In this document: in pieces, positions 53,371-64,000 of the stretch
Layout: every line of letters begins with the position of its first letter
Position numbering within the stretch: the first letter of the stretch is position 1
Origin: Octopus vulgaris
Taxonomy: Eukaryota
Direction: 5' to 3'
NCBI GenBank assembly: GCA_951406725.2
Contig: OX597818.1
Location: 98,208,001 to 98,272,000, forward strand
DNA: 64,000 nucleotides
The notes under the pieces: generated by a model
The model's database searches: none
What the model saw: only the letters and a program-made list of their open reading frames with translations
Told to the model about the DNA's origin: nothing
Position numbers and translations under genes: made by a program

Positions 53371-54243
53371 CATATATATATATATATATATGCATACATG
53401 TACTTAAGCGCGCGCGCACATACACACATACAAATACATACATACGCTCACATACACACACGCACACGTACATACACACACATACGTGCGTGTGCACACG
53501 CACACATTAGCGCTAGCACGCTATCCTAAAGATAGCGTGTTGTCGCATATGTATAATTCTATGTCTGTTCCGCTGCAGTATATCAGCACATTTTTTTTTC
53601 TCAGATGTGAAGGAATAGGAGGACTGACTACCCAATAACATTCTGTTCGACCATTTGTGTATTTTTGAATGCAATGTCGGGTACCAGTTCCTAGTGAACA
53701 TTCCAGATATGTCATGATATATCTTTCCCGTTTTCATTCGACGGAACAGAGCTTCAAGTTTCATGTTGGCAGTCAATCGTTTTGTGTTTTTATTTTTTAA
53801 TTCATATACTTATTCATTTATTTATTTTTTTCATTTATTTGATTTATTTATTTGATTGATTGCTTCCAGTTCAGTACTGAGTTTGGCAATGTATGGCAGC
53901 TATAGTTGAGAGCAGCAATCAAGGAGACCAGAACAAACTCTTCCTAGAGAACAAGCAGGGCCTCTGACATACATTAACAAATATATATTTTACATTTAAA
54001 AGGTATTGTTGATCCTGAAGGATAGGTCATGTTTGTATTATCGGGCGGCAATTGTGTACAATATGAGTTGTTAGTGGTGTGACATGTGACAATTATGAAG
54101 AGCATTATTCTATTGTATTTGCATTGTTTCTTTATGGACAATTATTACAAGGGAGATAATCATTTCTTCATAATATTTGGCGAGGTTAGAATTTTGAATT
54201 TGAAATTAAGGAAAATGATAAAGTTGTATAAAATACATATATA

Positions 54244-54304
<61 letters not shown>

Positions 54305-56344
54305 TGTTTATTTATAACGAAGTCCTAAATAGTTATACGTAGTGGTAATTATGTTTAGGACGGTTTCATTCCTTTTTGAAGTGATCAGTATAGTGGGTGT
54401 CTACTAGAATATGTAGGTTATTATATTACTGAATGATGATAGTTTTAAATATCTGTAATGTGAATTGTGCAGGAAATGTATTGCTTATGTTGTACAATCG
54501 AAAAGAAAATGCTTTATGCATGATGTCGGCTGGAGCAGATTTTCATTCTTGCTCTTTAATAATTACAATGAGACCATTAGCTTTAATCAGTTTGTAAGTC
54601 CTCCCAGATTAAAGTTGCCAGATTGTTGTTAAGTACCGTATTCGCTACCTATTGATACTCTATCATCTCCTCTAGGTTTGAGTATCGAAGTACCACCGGA
54701 GAATACTCAAGTAGAGATTATGTAGTTTTTTTATGATATTTCGCTACCGGGTTCAGGTTGGTGAAGTTTCTTTTTAAGGCGACTACGACAGGATTCGAAA
54801 TAAAAAATAAGTGATCGGAATTAGATACTGAGAGGTATTCAATCATTGATCTACAGTTCCTTCTCTTCCACTACTTAAAACAGTTATGTACAACTTACTT
54901 GTACTTGCTGCGGTATTCACCCGGGGTGGGTTAGGCTGGTTCCAACGAGTTTATCATGTCCCTCACGAATACTAACCGCATCCGACGGAACCCACTTTTG
55001 GTTCCAATGCCGAAGATCACAGACGCGATGGGCCTCATTGCGGTTCAACGCCCACTTTTACCGTCGCCGGCCACGTCTTCAGTTGTCCTCCAGCTCATTG
55101 GCGCCAGCCTGGAAGGGGGGTTGGGTTGACAGCTTTGCGAATGGATTCCTTTGGAGGCTGACAAAAAAAAACGGCCAAGCCACCTTAAACGCTTTTTAAG
55201 TAAAACTCGTTGTAGAGAGTTGAAGCAGATGTATGGTCATATTTCGGGGATTCGAAATGCAGTCCTTTGGGAGAGCACGCTGAATTCGACGTAGGCAGTT
55301 ATGCGGAAGGGTACTATCAATATAACATCCGTATTTGCTTACCGTATGCGCCACCATATAGGCTAGGCTCAATGGGGTCGCCTTATATATAAACTACACA
55401 TATAATAATGCAACCTTTAAGTCCTGTGGTGCACGTTAAGTTGTTAACATAAGCGATGACTGAGAGTAGACTAACCCCCACTTTGGCAACTACCGGCATA
55501 TCCTACACAGCTATTCGTTTTATACGTCCACATATTCTTAAACTTACTTATGAAGGGTGGGAAATGTACGTAGATATAAAAGCCCAAACTCCTTCAAATC
55601 ACAACCTGTCGTCATGGAAAAAGGAAGAGTACATCAGACAATGTGGTTGTAAATATTCTGACAAGAGGGTTGGTGGGAGGGAGGGAGAGAGAGAGGGTGG
55701 TGATGGTCAAGGTTTGATCTGGGTCGGCTTGGTGTGAAACAACAAAAACAGCATTTGGTACTTATATTATAAAATCAGAAAAGAAGAAAGATTAAGAGAC
55801 TGGAGTAATTTAAACTGAAGGTGTCAAACCACATAGTTCTCTCGAGATAAATCCTGGTTACTGAATAAACATCATTACGTTTGCCACCAACCGTGTTGAT
55901 AACGAAATCAGGTTCCTGTTAACATATTGTTTAGACGTCACTGGCAAGTGAGTATGATCTCGTAACATGTGCCATGCTATTGCTGGTTGTTTTAGGTGCC
56001 CATGTAGTCACGAGCAGACATAGATATCGTCACGGCTTTTGCATTCATAACTCAGTGATAGGCTGGATTAATTTTCAGCTGAGCAACGGTAAATGAAGTG
56101 CCTTGCTCAAGAACACAAAGCATTGCCCATTCCAGGAACTGAACCTATGACATTATGATTGTAAGTCCAACACGCTAACCACTACGCCACTCGTAAAAAT
56201 AGTACAGCAGCATCAAACATTATAACAAGTCACTGAATGCAGAAGACTGTTTTCATTGGTTCTATATTTAAGAGATGAAGGATTATATACATTATTTACA
56301 TTATTTACATTTGACGGATATTTGTCCTCATCTTGATTGTTGTT

Positions 56345-56390
56345 AACACAACATTTCGGTTGATATACTCTCCAGCCTTCATAATGTGTC
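56345..56390 (-). ncRNA. Decayed hammerhead-like motif
   Basis: Minus: GACAC-ATTATGA-A-GGCTG-GAGAGTATAT-CAACC-GAAA-TG-TT-GTGTT; helices retained, two core substitutions. Confidence 0.35.
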
Positions 56391-56394
56391 TTGG

Positions 56395-56538
56395 TGTCAG
56401 CTTTCTCCTTCCTGGATTTAAGAAGCCTAATTTCTCAAGATTGGCATTTCGGCAGTGTATTACGTATCCCAGTGCTCCAATGATTACAGGTACAAACCTG
56501 AACTTGTAATCTGGATAGAATAGCTGTAGATTCCTCAA
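56395..56538 (-). pseudogene. 3' fragment of an RLE-type (R2/R4/NeSL-like) non-LTR retrotransposon
   Basis: LQLFYPDYKFRFVPVIIGALGYV resembles the C-terminal PVxIGALG motif. Confidence 0.55.
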
Positions 56539-56676
56539 TACTACTGCGTAGTATGTATGTATGTATGTATGTATGTATGTATGTATGTATGTATGTATGT
56601 ATGTATGTATGTATGTATGTATGTATGCATGTATGTATGCATGTATGTATTATGTCTCTTCTATTTTTAATTATTA

Positions 56677-57033
56677 CTAGCACTATGACCCGGCGTTGCC
56701 GGATCATAGTGCTAGTGCATGCATATACAGCTGTGTGCGTGCACACATACACGCGAGTACTGTCCAAATTTCCGACCAATCACATACAGCTAGCTGGCAT
56801 TCAATTGGCATATCAAGTTTCGGGCATTTTGACTGGGTTTTGGATAGAAAATTCACAAAGTCAATTCTATTGATTTTTTAATGGTTTTGCGGGTGACTGG
56901 GGAAATGTAAAGATGTGCACGACCACCCTTGGACAGTTTTGAATGACCATAGAAAGTGCGAACCCTCTATCTGAAAAATTGTGGATTTGTATAAAGAACA
57001 CACAGACATTTTGCCGTATATATAGAGAGAGAT
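56677..57033 (-). mobile_element. Helitron-like element with folded-back 3' end
   Basis: ACTAGCACTATGACCCGGCGTTGCCGGATCATAGTGCTAGT at one end, CACAGACATTTTGCCGTATATATAGAGAGAT at the other. Confidence 0.6.
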
Positions 57034-57198
57034 AAATCTTCCTCTGAGGTGGGAGCCTGTTTCCGACAAAGAAACAAGGCTCCGTCTTTGGGATGTAGTT
57101 AACATAGACAAATTCACATTTTGAACTTACGAAAAGTCTTGCATATTTTTACTGTTTCACTCATAGATTGTACTTGTAATGTACGGATTAACCGGTCG

Positions 57199-57248
<50 letters not shown>

Positions 57249-57255
57249 ATGTATG

Positions 57256-57286
<31 letters not shown>

Positions 57287-57674
57287 GTACGTACGTACGC
57301 ACATACATACGCTTACAATAAGTGAAGTATGCCGGTACATAGTGAGCAAAAAAAAAAAGAAAACGGGTAAAAATATAAGACATGAAGAACAAGAATGTGA
57401 CGCAAACGGGATGTTCAATATTCTAACAAAGTATTTACCAAACAAGCAAAAATGCTAGTTCAAAAATCTCTCTAAGACAAGTAATATTCGTAGCCATTTT
57501 AACATGGCTGTCCGTTCGAGCGGACTCTACTGCGATTTTTTTACCCCAAAAGGACATCTCCTCTAGCTGGTTAGAATATTTACCAAACATTTTTGTCAAA
57601 CGCTCAAAACACTTGGATGCTTAGAACATCCTGAAACTGTTATACATTTATATAATACAGGTACTGACTGATTG

Positions 57675-58056
57675 TGGAGGCGCAATGGCCCAGTGGTTAG
57701 GGCAGCGGACTCGCGGTCATAGGATCGCGGTTTCGATTCCCAGACCGGGCGTTGTGAGTGTTTATTGAGCGAAAACACCTAAAGCTCCACGAGGCTCCGG
57801 CAAGGGATGGTGGTGATCCCTGCTGTACTCTTTCACCACAACTTTCTCTCACTCTTACTTCCTGTTTCTGTTGTACCTGTATTTCAAGGGGCCGGCTTTG
57901 TCACTCTCTATGTCACGCTGAATATCCCCGAGAACTACGTTAAGGGTTCACGTGTCTGTGGAGTGCTCAGCCACTTACACGTTAATTTCACGAGCAGGCT
58001 GTTCCGTTGATTCCGATCAACCGGAACCCTCGTCGTCGTAACCGACGGAGTGCTTC
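57675..58056 (+). mobile_element. SINE family B1, full length, 11-bp TSD
   Basis: A and B boxes in head; ACTGACTGATT at 57663-57673 and 58062-58072. Confidence 0.9.
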
Positions 58057-59254
58057 TATCCACTGACTGATTAAATCTGAAATTACTATATTACTCATCT
58101 CAACACCGCCGCCTTCATGGTCATGGCCCTCCTTAGCAACTGCCGTTCTAACGATAGTGTCAATGTAAAAACACTCAGAGAAAGGAGTGTTGATTGTGTA
58201 TTAAAACTTTCATTCATAAGTAATGTGTACCGTTCTTATCGCTGCACAGGGTTCATTGCACGCAGAACTTTAACCAAGATATTTACTCTCGACTGCTACG
58301 TGAACGGCTGCACGTAGAGTTAAGAATCCAGACCAAATAAACGCCTACAGGGGATTTAGAATCAGGCTCTGCTGCTTGAGTTTCCACTACGCACCCCATT
58401 GTTTGTGTGAGCAGTGTTAATTGTGTGTTTGGTTACCTGGATATTGCACACGTGTATGTAATATGGATCTTTAGGGATTTATATATGAATTCATAAAAAA
58501 ATGTCAGTACTGGCTTGTGACGTGAAGTCTGAAGAATTTTTATACTGAATCATAATATTTTTGAAAATATATTTACATGCATACATATATGTGCGTGTGT
58601 CGATGAATATCTATATGTACACTCAAACAGACACACACACAAACACACACACATACACATACACACACACAGACACAGACACAGACACGCGTGCGCACAG
58701 ATACACACACACCTACACATATACAACTACTTAAGTGGATGAGTGTGTACCTTACATATACGGATCCTAGGTTCTGGGGTGTGTATATTTTTCAACACAC
58801 ACACACACATATGTATGAGTACACACACACACAAAGCGCGCGTGTGTGTATGTACTTTTAATACGACCTTTTTCTTACGTACGCATACTATTGATATTTG
58901 TAATGCATATATACCCACATACGAATAAATATACAATAACATTCAAACATATGTGTGTGTATATACACAAGTAAAAAAAAACACACACACACACACTCAC
59001 ACACGTGTGTACACATATGCGTGTTTGTATTTCTGTTACGGTGTTGTGTCAAAGATAGGACTAATAACAACGAATATGTCGGGGCGTTTCTGCGTCTGAT
59101 TTGCTGTTGTCTAACCGGAACTGACGTAGATATCTGCTGGTTGTTTGTTTGTTGAAGGATGGGGATTCGACATCAACGATAGCATTCCCCACCTAGTAAC
59201 ATAACAAAACATAGCGAAGACACGGCGGCGAGAGGGATGATTAATATTGTGTAA

Positions 59255-59283
59255 CAGAGAGAGGGAGAGAGAGAAACAGAGAG

Positions 59284-59320
<37 letters not shown>

Positions 59321-59433
59321 GAAAGAGAGAGAGGAGAAAGAGAGAGAGAGAGAGTAAAGGAGGGGGAAAGAGAAAAGGAAAGGGACAGAGAAAAGAAAGA
59401 GACAGAGAAGACAGAGACAAAAAGAGGCAGAGA

Positions 59434-59465
<32 letters not shown>

Positions 59466-59666
59466 AAGATAGAGACTGATATACAGAAAGAGACAGAGAA
59501 AGAGAGAGAAGGAGACTGGAGAGGAAAAAGAGAGATGATAAGAGTGAGAGAGAGAGAGAAAGAGTGAGAGACACACAGAGACAGACAGAGGTAGAGACAA
59601 AGATAGAGATAGAAATTGTGAAAGGAGTACGAGGAGAAAGAGAAGAAAGAAAATAAGAGCGTGAGA

Positions 59667-59712
<46 letters not shown>

Positions 59713-59850
59713 AAGGTATAAAGAGACAAAGAAAAGCAGAGAGAAAATGAGAGTAAGGTGACTGAGAAAGCGAGAGAGAAAGTGAAAGAGAGAATGAGAG
59801 AAATAGACAGAGGGAAAGAGAGAAAAAGAGAAGGAGAAAGAGAAAGATGG
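59255..59850. repeat. ~600-bp purine-rich (GA)n-type tract
   Basis: Almost only A/G on the plus strand; a similar (GAAA)n tract lies at ~61000-61285. Confidence 0.9.
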
Positions 59851-61205
59851 TGATGTCTCATTGTAGTAACACGTTTGAAGTAAAACAAAGATGTGTGTAT
59901 GTGCGTGTGTGTGTGCATGTGTGTGAGAGTGTGTGTGTATGTGTGTGTGCGCACATGTATATGATAATCTGTGCGTGCGTCATAAGTTTTCCGCTAAATA
60001 ATTATTGTTTTCTTAATTATAAATTTGCTAAGTAAAATTTCGGGTATTGATACAAAGCACACGAGAGGAGATGCTGTTTAACCATAGGTTAGCACTGATG
60101 GAGACAACGTATGATCATAAGCATTCTAGCTGTAAAATATGAAGAGTGGAAATTCCAGAGACGCAAGTTTCTGAAAGAGAAGGGGGCCATCTGCCACTGG
60201 AATGGGACGAATGGGCGCAGCAGTCCGGGCGCTTATTCGGCTGAATGTAGTTTGACAATAGAAGTTTTTAACTCTGTAAGAGCACATACATGCACACGTG
60301 CGCGTAGAAATATACGCATGCAGTTAAATTGAGGGAGAGAGAGATAAACTCTTTACATCTCCTCAGATGCATAAAGAGTAATATGTTTACATATATGAAC
60401 CGAAGGAATGAAGCGAGAGAATGCTGGGTGAATGGGAGAACGAGAAAAATATATAACGACGTCTGATGTCAAACAAGTCAGCGTCGAATCAGCGACGGCT
60501 CTAAATAGGTGGCGTCAAAACGGTTATGTCGAAACGTCTCATATGCCCCTGCGATTATGGACGATGGACGACAGGGGAGGAGGAGGAGGAGGAGGCAGGA
60601 ATAAGTTAGGACCAGAAACCATTGTAATAGTGGTAAGAAGGACACAGAGAGGACACAGAACATCTGTAGGCTAGAGATTATGATGTACTTGGGAGAAACA
60701 CCAATAAGTCGAGTGGGTTTTATTTGGATTTAGTCTAAACTGTGTGTCCGTGACTACTAACGCCTCCGTTCCGCCATAAATACACACCTTCCTACTTTAT
60801 CATCGTTTTCTAGGTATGTTTGTGAGCAGGCTCTGCTGATTTATGAAAGGGAAAAAGCAATCATTCGCTTGTTGGTAAGAAAATGAGATGGTAAACCGCA
60901 ACGAAACTAACGCCCTGAATTGTAGAACAACTTAAGGGGTAGAACAAGAAAAACAGGTGGGTTTAATGGTTGTTAATGGGTCTGAGAAAGGAGTGAGCGA
61001 TAGAGGAGAAGAAGACAGAAAAGAAAAAAGGAGAAAGGAAGGAAGGACGAACGAATGAAGGAAAGAAATACTGAATGAAAAATGAACACAAAGGGAAAGC
61101 GAATGGAAGAAAGAAAGGATGGAAGGAAAGAGAGATAGAGAAAGAAAGAAGGGAAAGAAGGAAAGAAAGGGAGAAAGAAAGAAGGAAGGGAGAACGAAAT
61201 AAGGA

Positions 61206-61245
<40 letters not shown>

Positions 61246-61494
61246 AGAAAGGAAGGAAGGAAAAACGAAAGAATGAAAGAGAGAATGAATCGATGCTAGT
61301 GTGTTTACGTACCCGTAACTTAGCGGTTCGGCAAAAGAGACCGATGGAATAAGTACTGGGCTTACAAAGAATAAGTCCGGGGGCGATTTGCTCGACTAAA
61401 AGCGGTGCTCCAGCATGGCCGCAGTCAAATGACTGAAACAAGTAAAAGAGTATAGACACATACATACATACATACATACATACATACATTGACG

Positions 61495-61690
61495 TCAGCT
61501 GCAATATAACTACGGACAAACTGCTCCTAAACCTCCGGCTTCTATTCTCGGATAATGAATTCACATTTATACCAATAATAATTAGTGCTCTTAGTTTAAT
61601 GAGTAAATATCTAAGTGACAGTCTGAATAAGCCAGGGTCTTCGGAAGGAGAAATCAACCAACTAACACATTACAAATACGATCTGTAATT
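61495..61690 (+). pseudogene. 3' fragment of an RLE-type non-LTR retrotransposon
   Basis: LLLNLRLLFSDNEFTFIPIIISALS parallels the peptide at 56395-56538. Confidence 0.45.
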
Positions 61691-62641
61691 ATAACTGTTG
61701 TAATATGCAACACTTCCTCAAGTTTAAAATGTGAACTTGTTTTTGTTATATACATTCCAATGGTGAATTTTTGTGCCTTTGTTAGAAACCAGCTCCTTCT
61801 TCAGAGGAAGAATTCAAATAATCAAAAACAAGATAAAACATAAATACATACATTCCTACATAAATGGTGGTTAACTTCTAGACGAGTATGACATCATCAA
61901 CAAATATCGTATCCTAGATCTTAAAAGTAATGGCTGTCAGCAAAGCCCGCGCTGAAATTTAAATTCAATAACAAACAGCTTGTACAACACAACAAAGACT
62001 CTCACCTACAAAGCCTGGTGGTCTAAAAACAAGAGCGAGATCTCTAACTTCCAATGAGGCGGGTGTTATTTCGAAATTATTTTCCTACAAGATGTCTAAG
62101 AAAGACTTTGGCGTGGTGGAGTGTCTCGTGCTCCCAGCTGTTGGATGGCCTTTTACAATACTGACTTCATCCGTTCTTTGACAAGTTTTGTTTTGTGGTC
62201 TAGCATGGGTGTTTATCAACAACCACCTCCCTTACTCAGATGGTTAGGTAGAGTTGCCGACGACCCAAACATGCGACAGGTTGGACTGAGTTACATGTTA
62301 CCTGTAGGAACCACCCGATACATACATACATACCTACATACATACATACATACATACATACATACATACATACTTACCTACATACATACACACATACATA
62401 CATACATACATACATGCATACATGCATGCATACATACATACATCCATGCATACATACATACATACATACATACATACATGCATACATACATACATACATA
62501 CATACATACATACATACATACATACATACATACATACATGCAAACAGGGAGTGGCAATGTTAGAAAATAGGAGAGTTCTTTGCGATGAAAAAGGACGTAG
62601 TTTAAGAAGTGCGCTGATACATGTCTGTGAAAGACCAAATA

Positions 62642-63208
62642 TATTGGGGTGTCCGGAAAATTCAGGCCGATTTTTAAAGGAAAGAGAAAGGGCAATAAAT
62701 ACTTGCCGTTATATTTTTAATCAACCAAATATGAACCATTTTGTTGCACAATGCATCTCCATCTTTCCCTTAACTCGAAAATACCCTCTTCCCAGAATTG
62801 AGGTGGTTTCATGGCAAAGAATTCATCAAAGTATCTTTTTACGTCATCCAAGGAATTGAAATTTTTTACCATTAAGACTATTTTGCAGAGACCTGAATAA
62901 GTGGAAATCCGAAGGAGCAATATCTGGTGAATATGGCGGGTGGAGTAACACATCGCAGCCGAGCTGCAGCAATTTTTGTCTGGTTCCCAAAGCATCAAGT
63001 GCCGAAAATGAAATTTATCTTCCATTTTAAAGGGTTACAAAATTAACACAGCTTATAGGAACATAAACCTTCTTCCACGAAAAGATAGCTTAAATGTGAT
63101 CTAAATGGAGGTGTAGTTAAATCCTATTTTATGGACTCAACCACGTTCTAAAATAAGTCGAAAGGTAAGCTACTATAAATTGGCACGAACTTTCCGGACA
63201 ACCCAATA
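62642..63208 (-). mobile_element. Internally deleted mariner element with both TIRs
   Basis: TA-TTGGGGTGTCCGGAAAATTC.GCCGATTT and AAATTGGCACGAACTTTCCGGACAACCCAA-TA; minus-strand HPPYSPDIAPSDFHLFRSL and FWEEGIFELRERW. Confidence 0.85.
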
Positions 63209-63573
63209 AAATAGTAAATATTAATCATGGAACTGTCGAACATTACGGATTCCTTTCTATTGCAAGTATTAAAACAAATTCCCTGATCTGAGGGGCACTC
63301 TATAACTTAACCTCTATAACTTAACCAGGCATGTCCCGCCCAATGTATTTTCTGTTTAAACTGGTCAGATCTTGCTTCTCACACCTATCCGACAATGCTG
63401 TCATCGAAATCTTCACGCGACGAGATAATGCTTGATTAACTAAAACCAATGTGAATAGAAAAGCATTACCTTTCACAGAGTAATCTGAAAGCTAAAGGAT
63501 TAAGATACGGCGTCCGTATTACAACATTACATGATTTTCTTACCATATTTTTGTCCATATTGTAGCAATATAG

Positions 63574-63756
63574 GGGCAGGAGTGACTGTGTGGTAAGTAG
63601 CTTGCTAACCAACCACATGGTTCCGGGTTCAGTCCCACTGCGTGGCATCTTGGGCAAATGTCTTCTGCTATTGCCTCGGGCCGACGAAAGCCTTGTGAAT
63701 GGATTTGGTAGACGGAAACTGAAAGAAGCCTGTCGTATATATGTGTATATATATAT

Positions 63757-63806
<50 letters not shown>

Positions 63807-64000
63807 ATATGTTTGTGTGTCTGTGTTTGTCCCTCTAGCATTGCTTGACAACCGGTGCTGGTGTGTTTACGTCCCCGTAACTTAGCGGTTCGACAAAAGA
63901 GACCGATAGAATAAGTACTGGGCTTACAAAGAATAAGTCCGGGGTCGATTTGCTCGACCAAAGGCGGTGCTCCAGCATGGCCGCAGTCAAATGACTGAAG
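63574..64000 (+). mobile_element. SINE family A, runs off the window end
   Basis: Matches 41764-42190. Confidence 0.9.

Noticed and set aside
54890-55450. GC-richer segment with an ASLEGGLG-like peptide (possible old LINE RT)
   Set aside because: Single short motif followed by a stop; cannot be supported without a homology search.
57045-57090. CTGAGG...GAAAC hairpin (related sequence near 61770-61805)
   Set aside because: GAAAC is paired inside a simple stem-loop and the order does not fit a hammerhead core.

Overview
AT-rich, repeat-dominated eukaryotic DNA with no recognisable host protein-coding gene. The SINE families and microsatellite load suggest an octopus/coleoid cephalopod genome (inference). 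Nearly all ORFs in the track are microsatellite or SINE artefacts. The only real long ORF is an apparently intact Penelope-like retroelement (PLE) encoding RT, a Cys linker and a GIY-YIG endonuclease (open frame 42411-44738). Its 3' pseudo-LTR carries promoter-like motifs and a minimal hammerhead ribozyme (HHR) motif. The window also holds two decayed Hydra-clade-like PLEs, mariner and Tc1 relics, Helitron-like elements, RLE-type LINE fragments and many tRNA-derived SINEs. Two patterns stand out. (1) At least seven unrelated minimal HHR motifs, mostly in short cassettes next to (TA)n/(TACA)n repeats. They have palindromic (dimer-type) helix III and variant catalytic cores (canonical C3-G8, compensatory G3-C8, probable U3-A8, recurrent U4C). 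(2) Recurrent short inverted duplications of neighbouring DNA anchored at (TA)n runs and at PLE 5' junctions. All structures were read by eye; nothing was folded, aligned or searched computationally, and many element boundaries are approximate.
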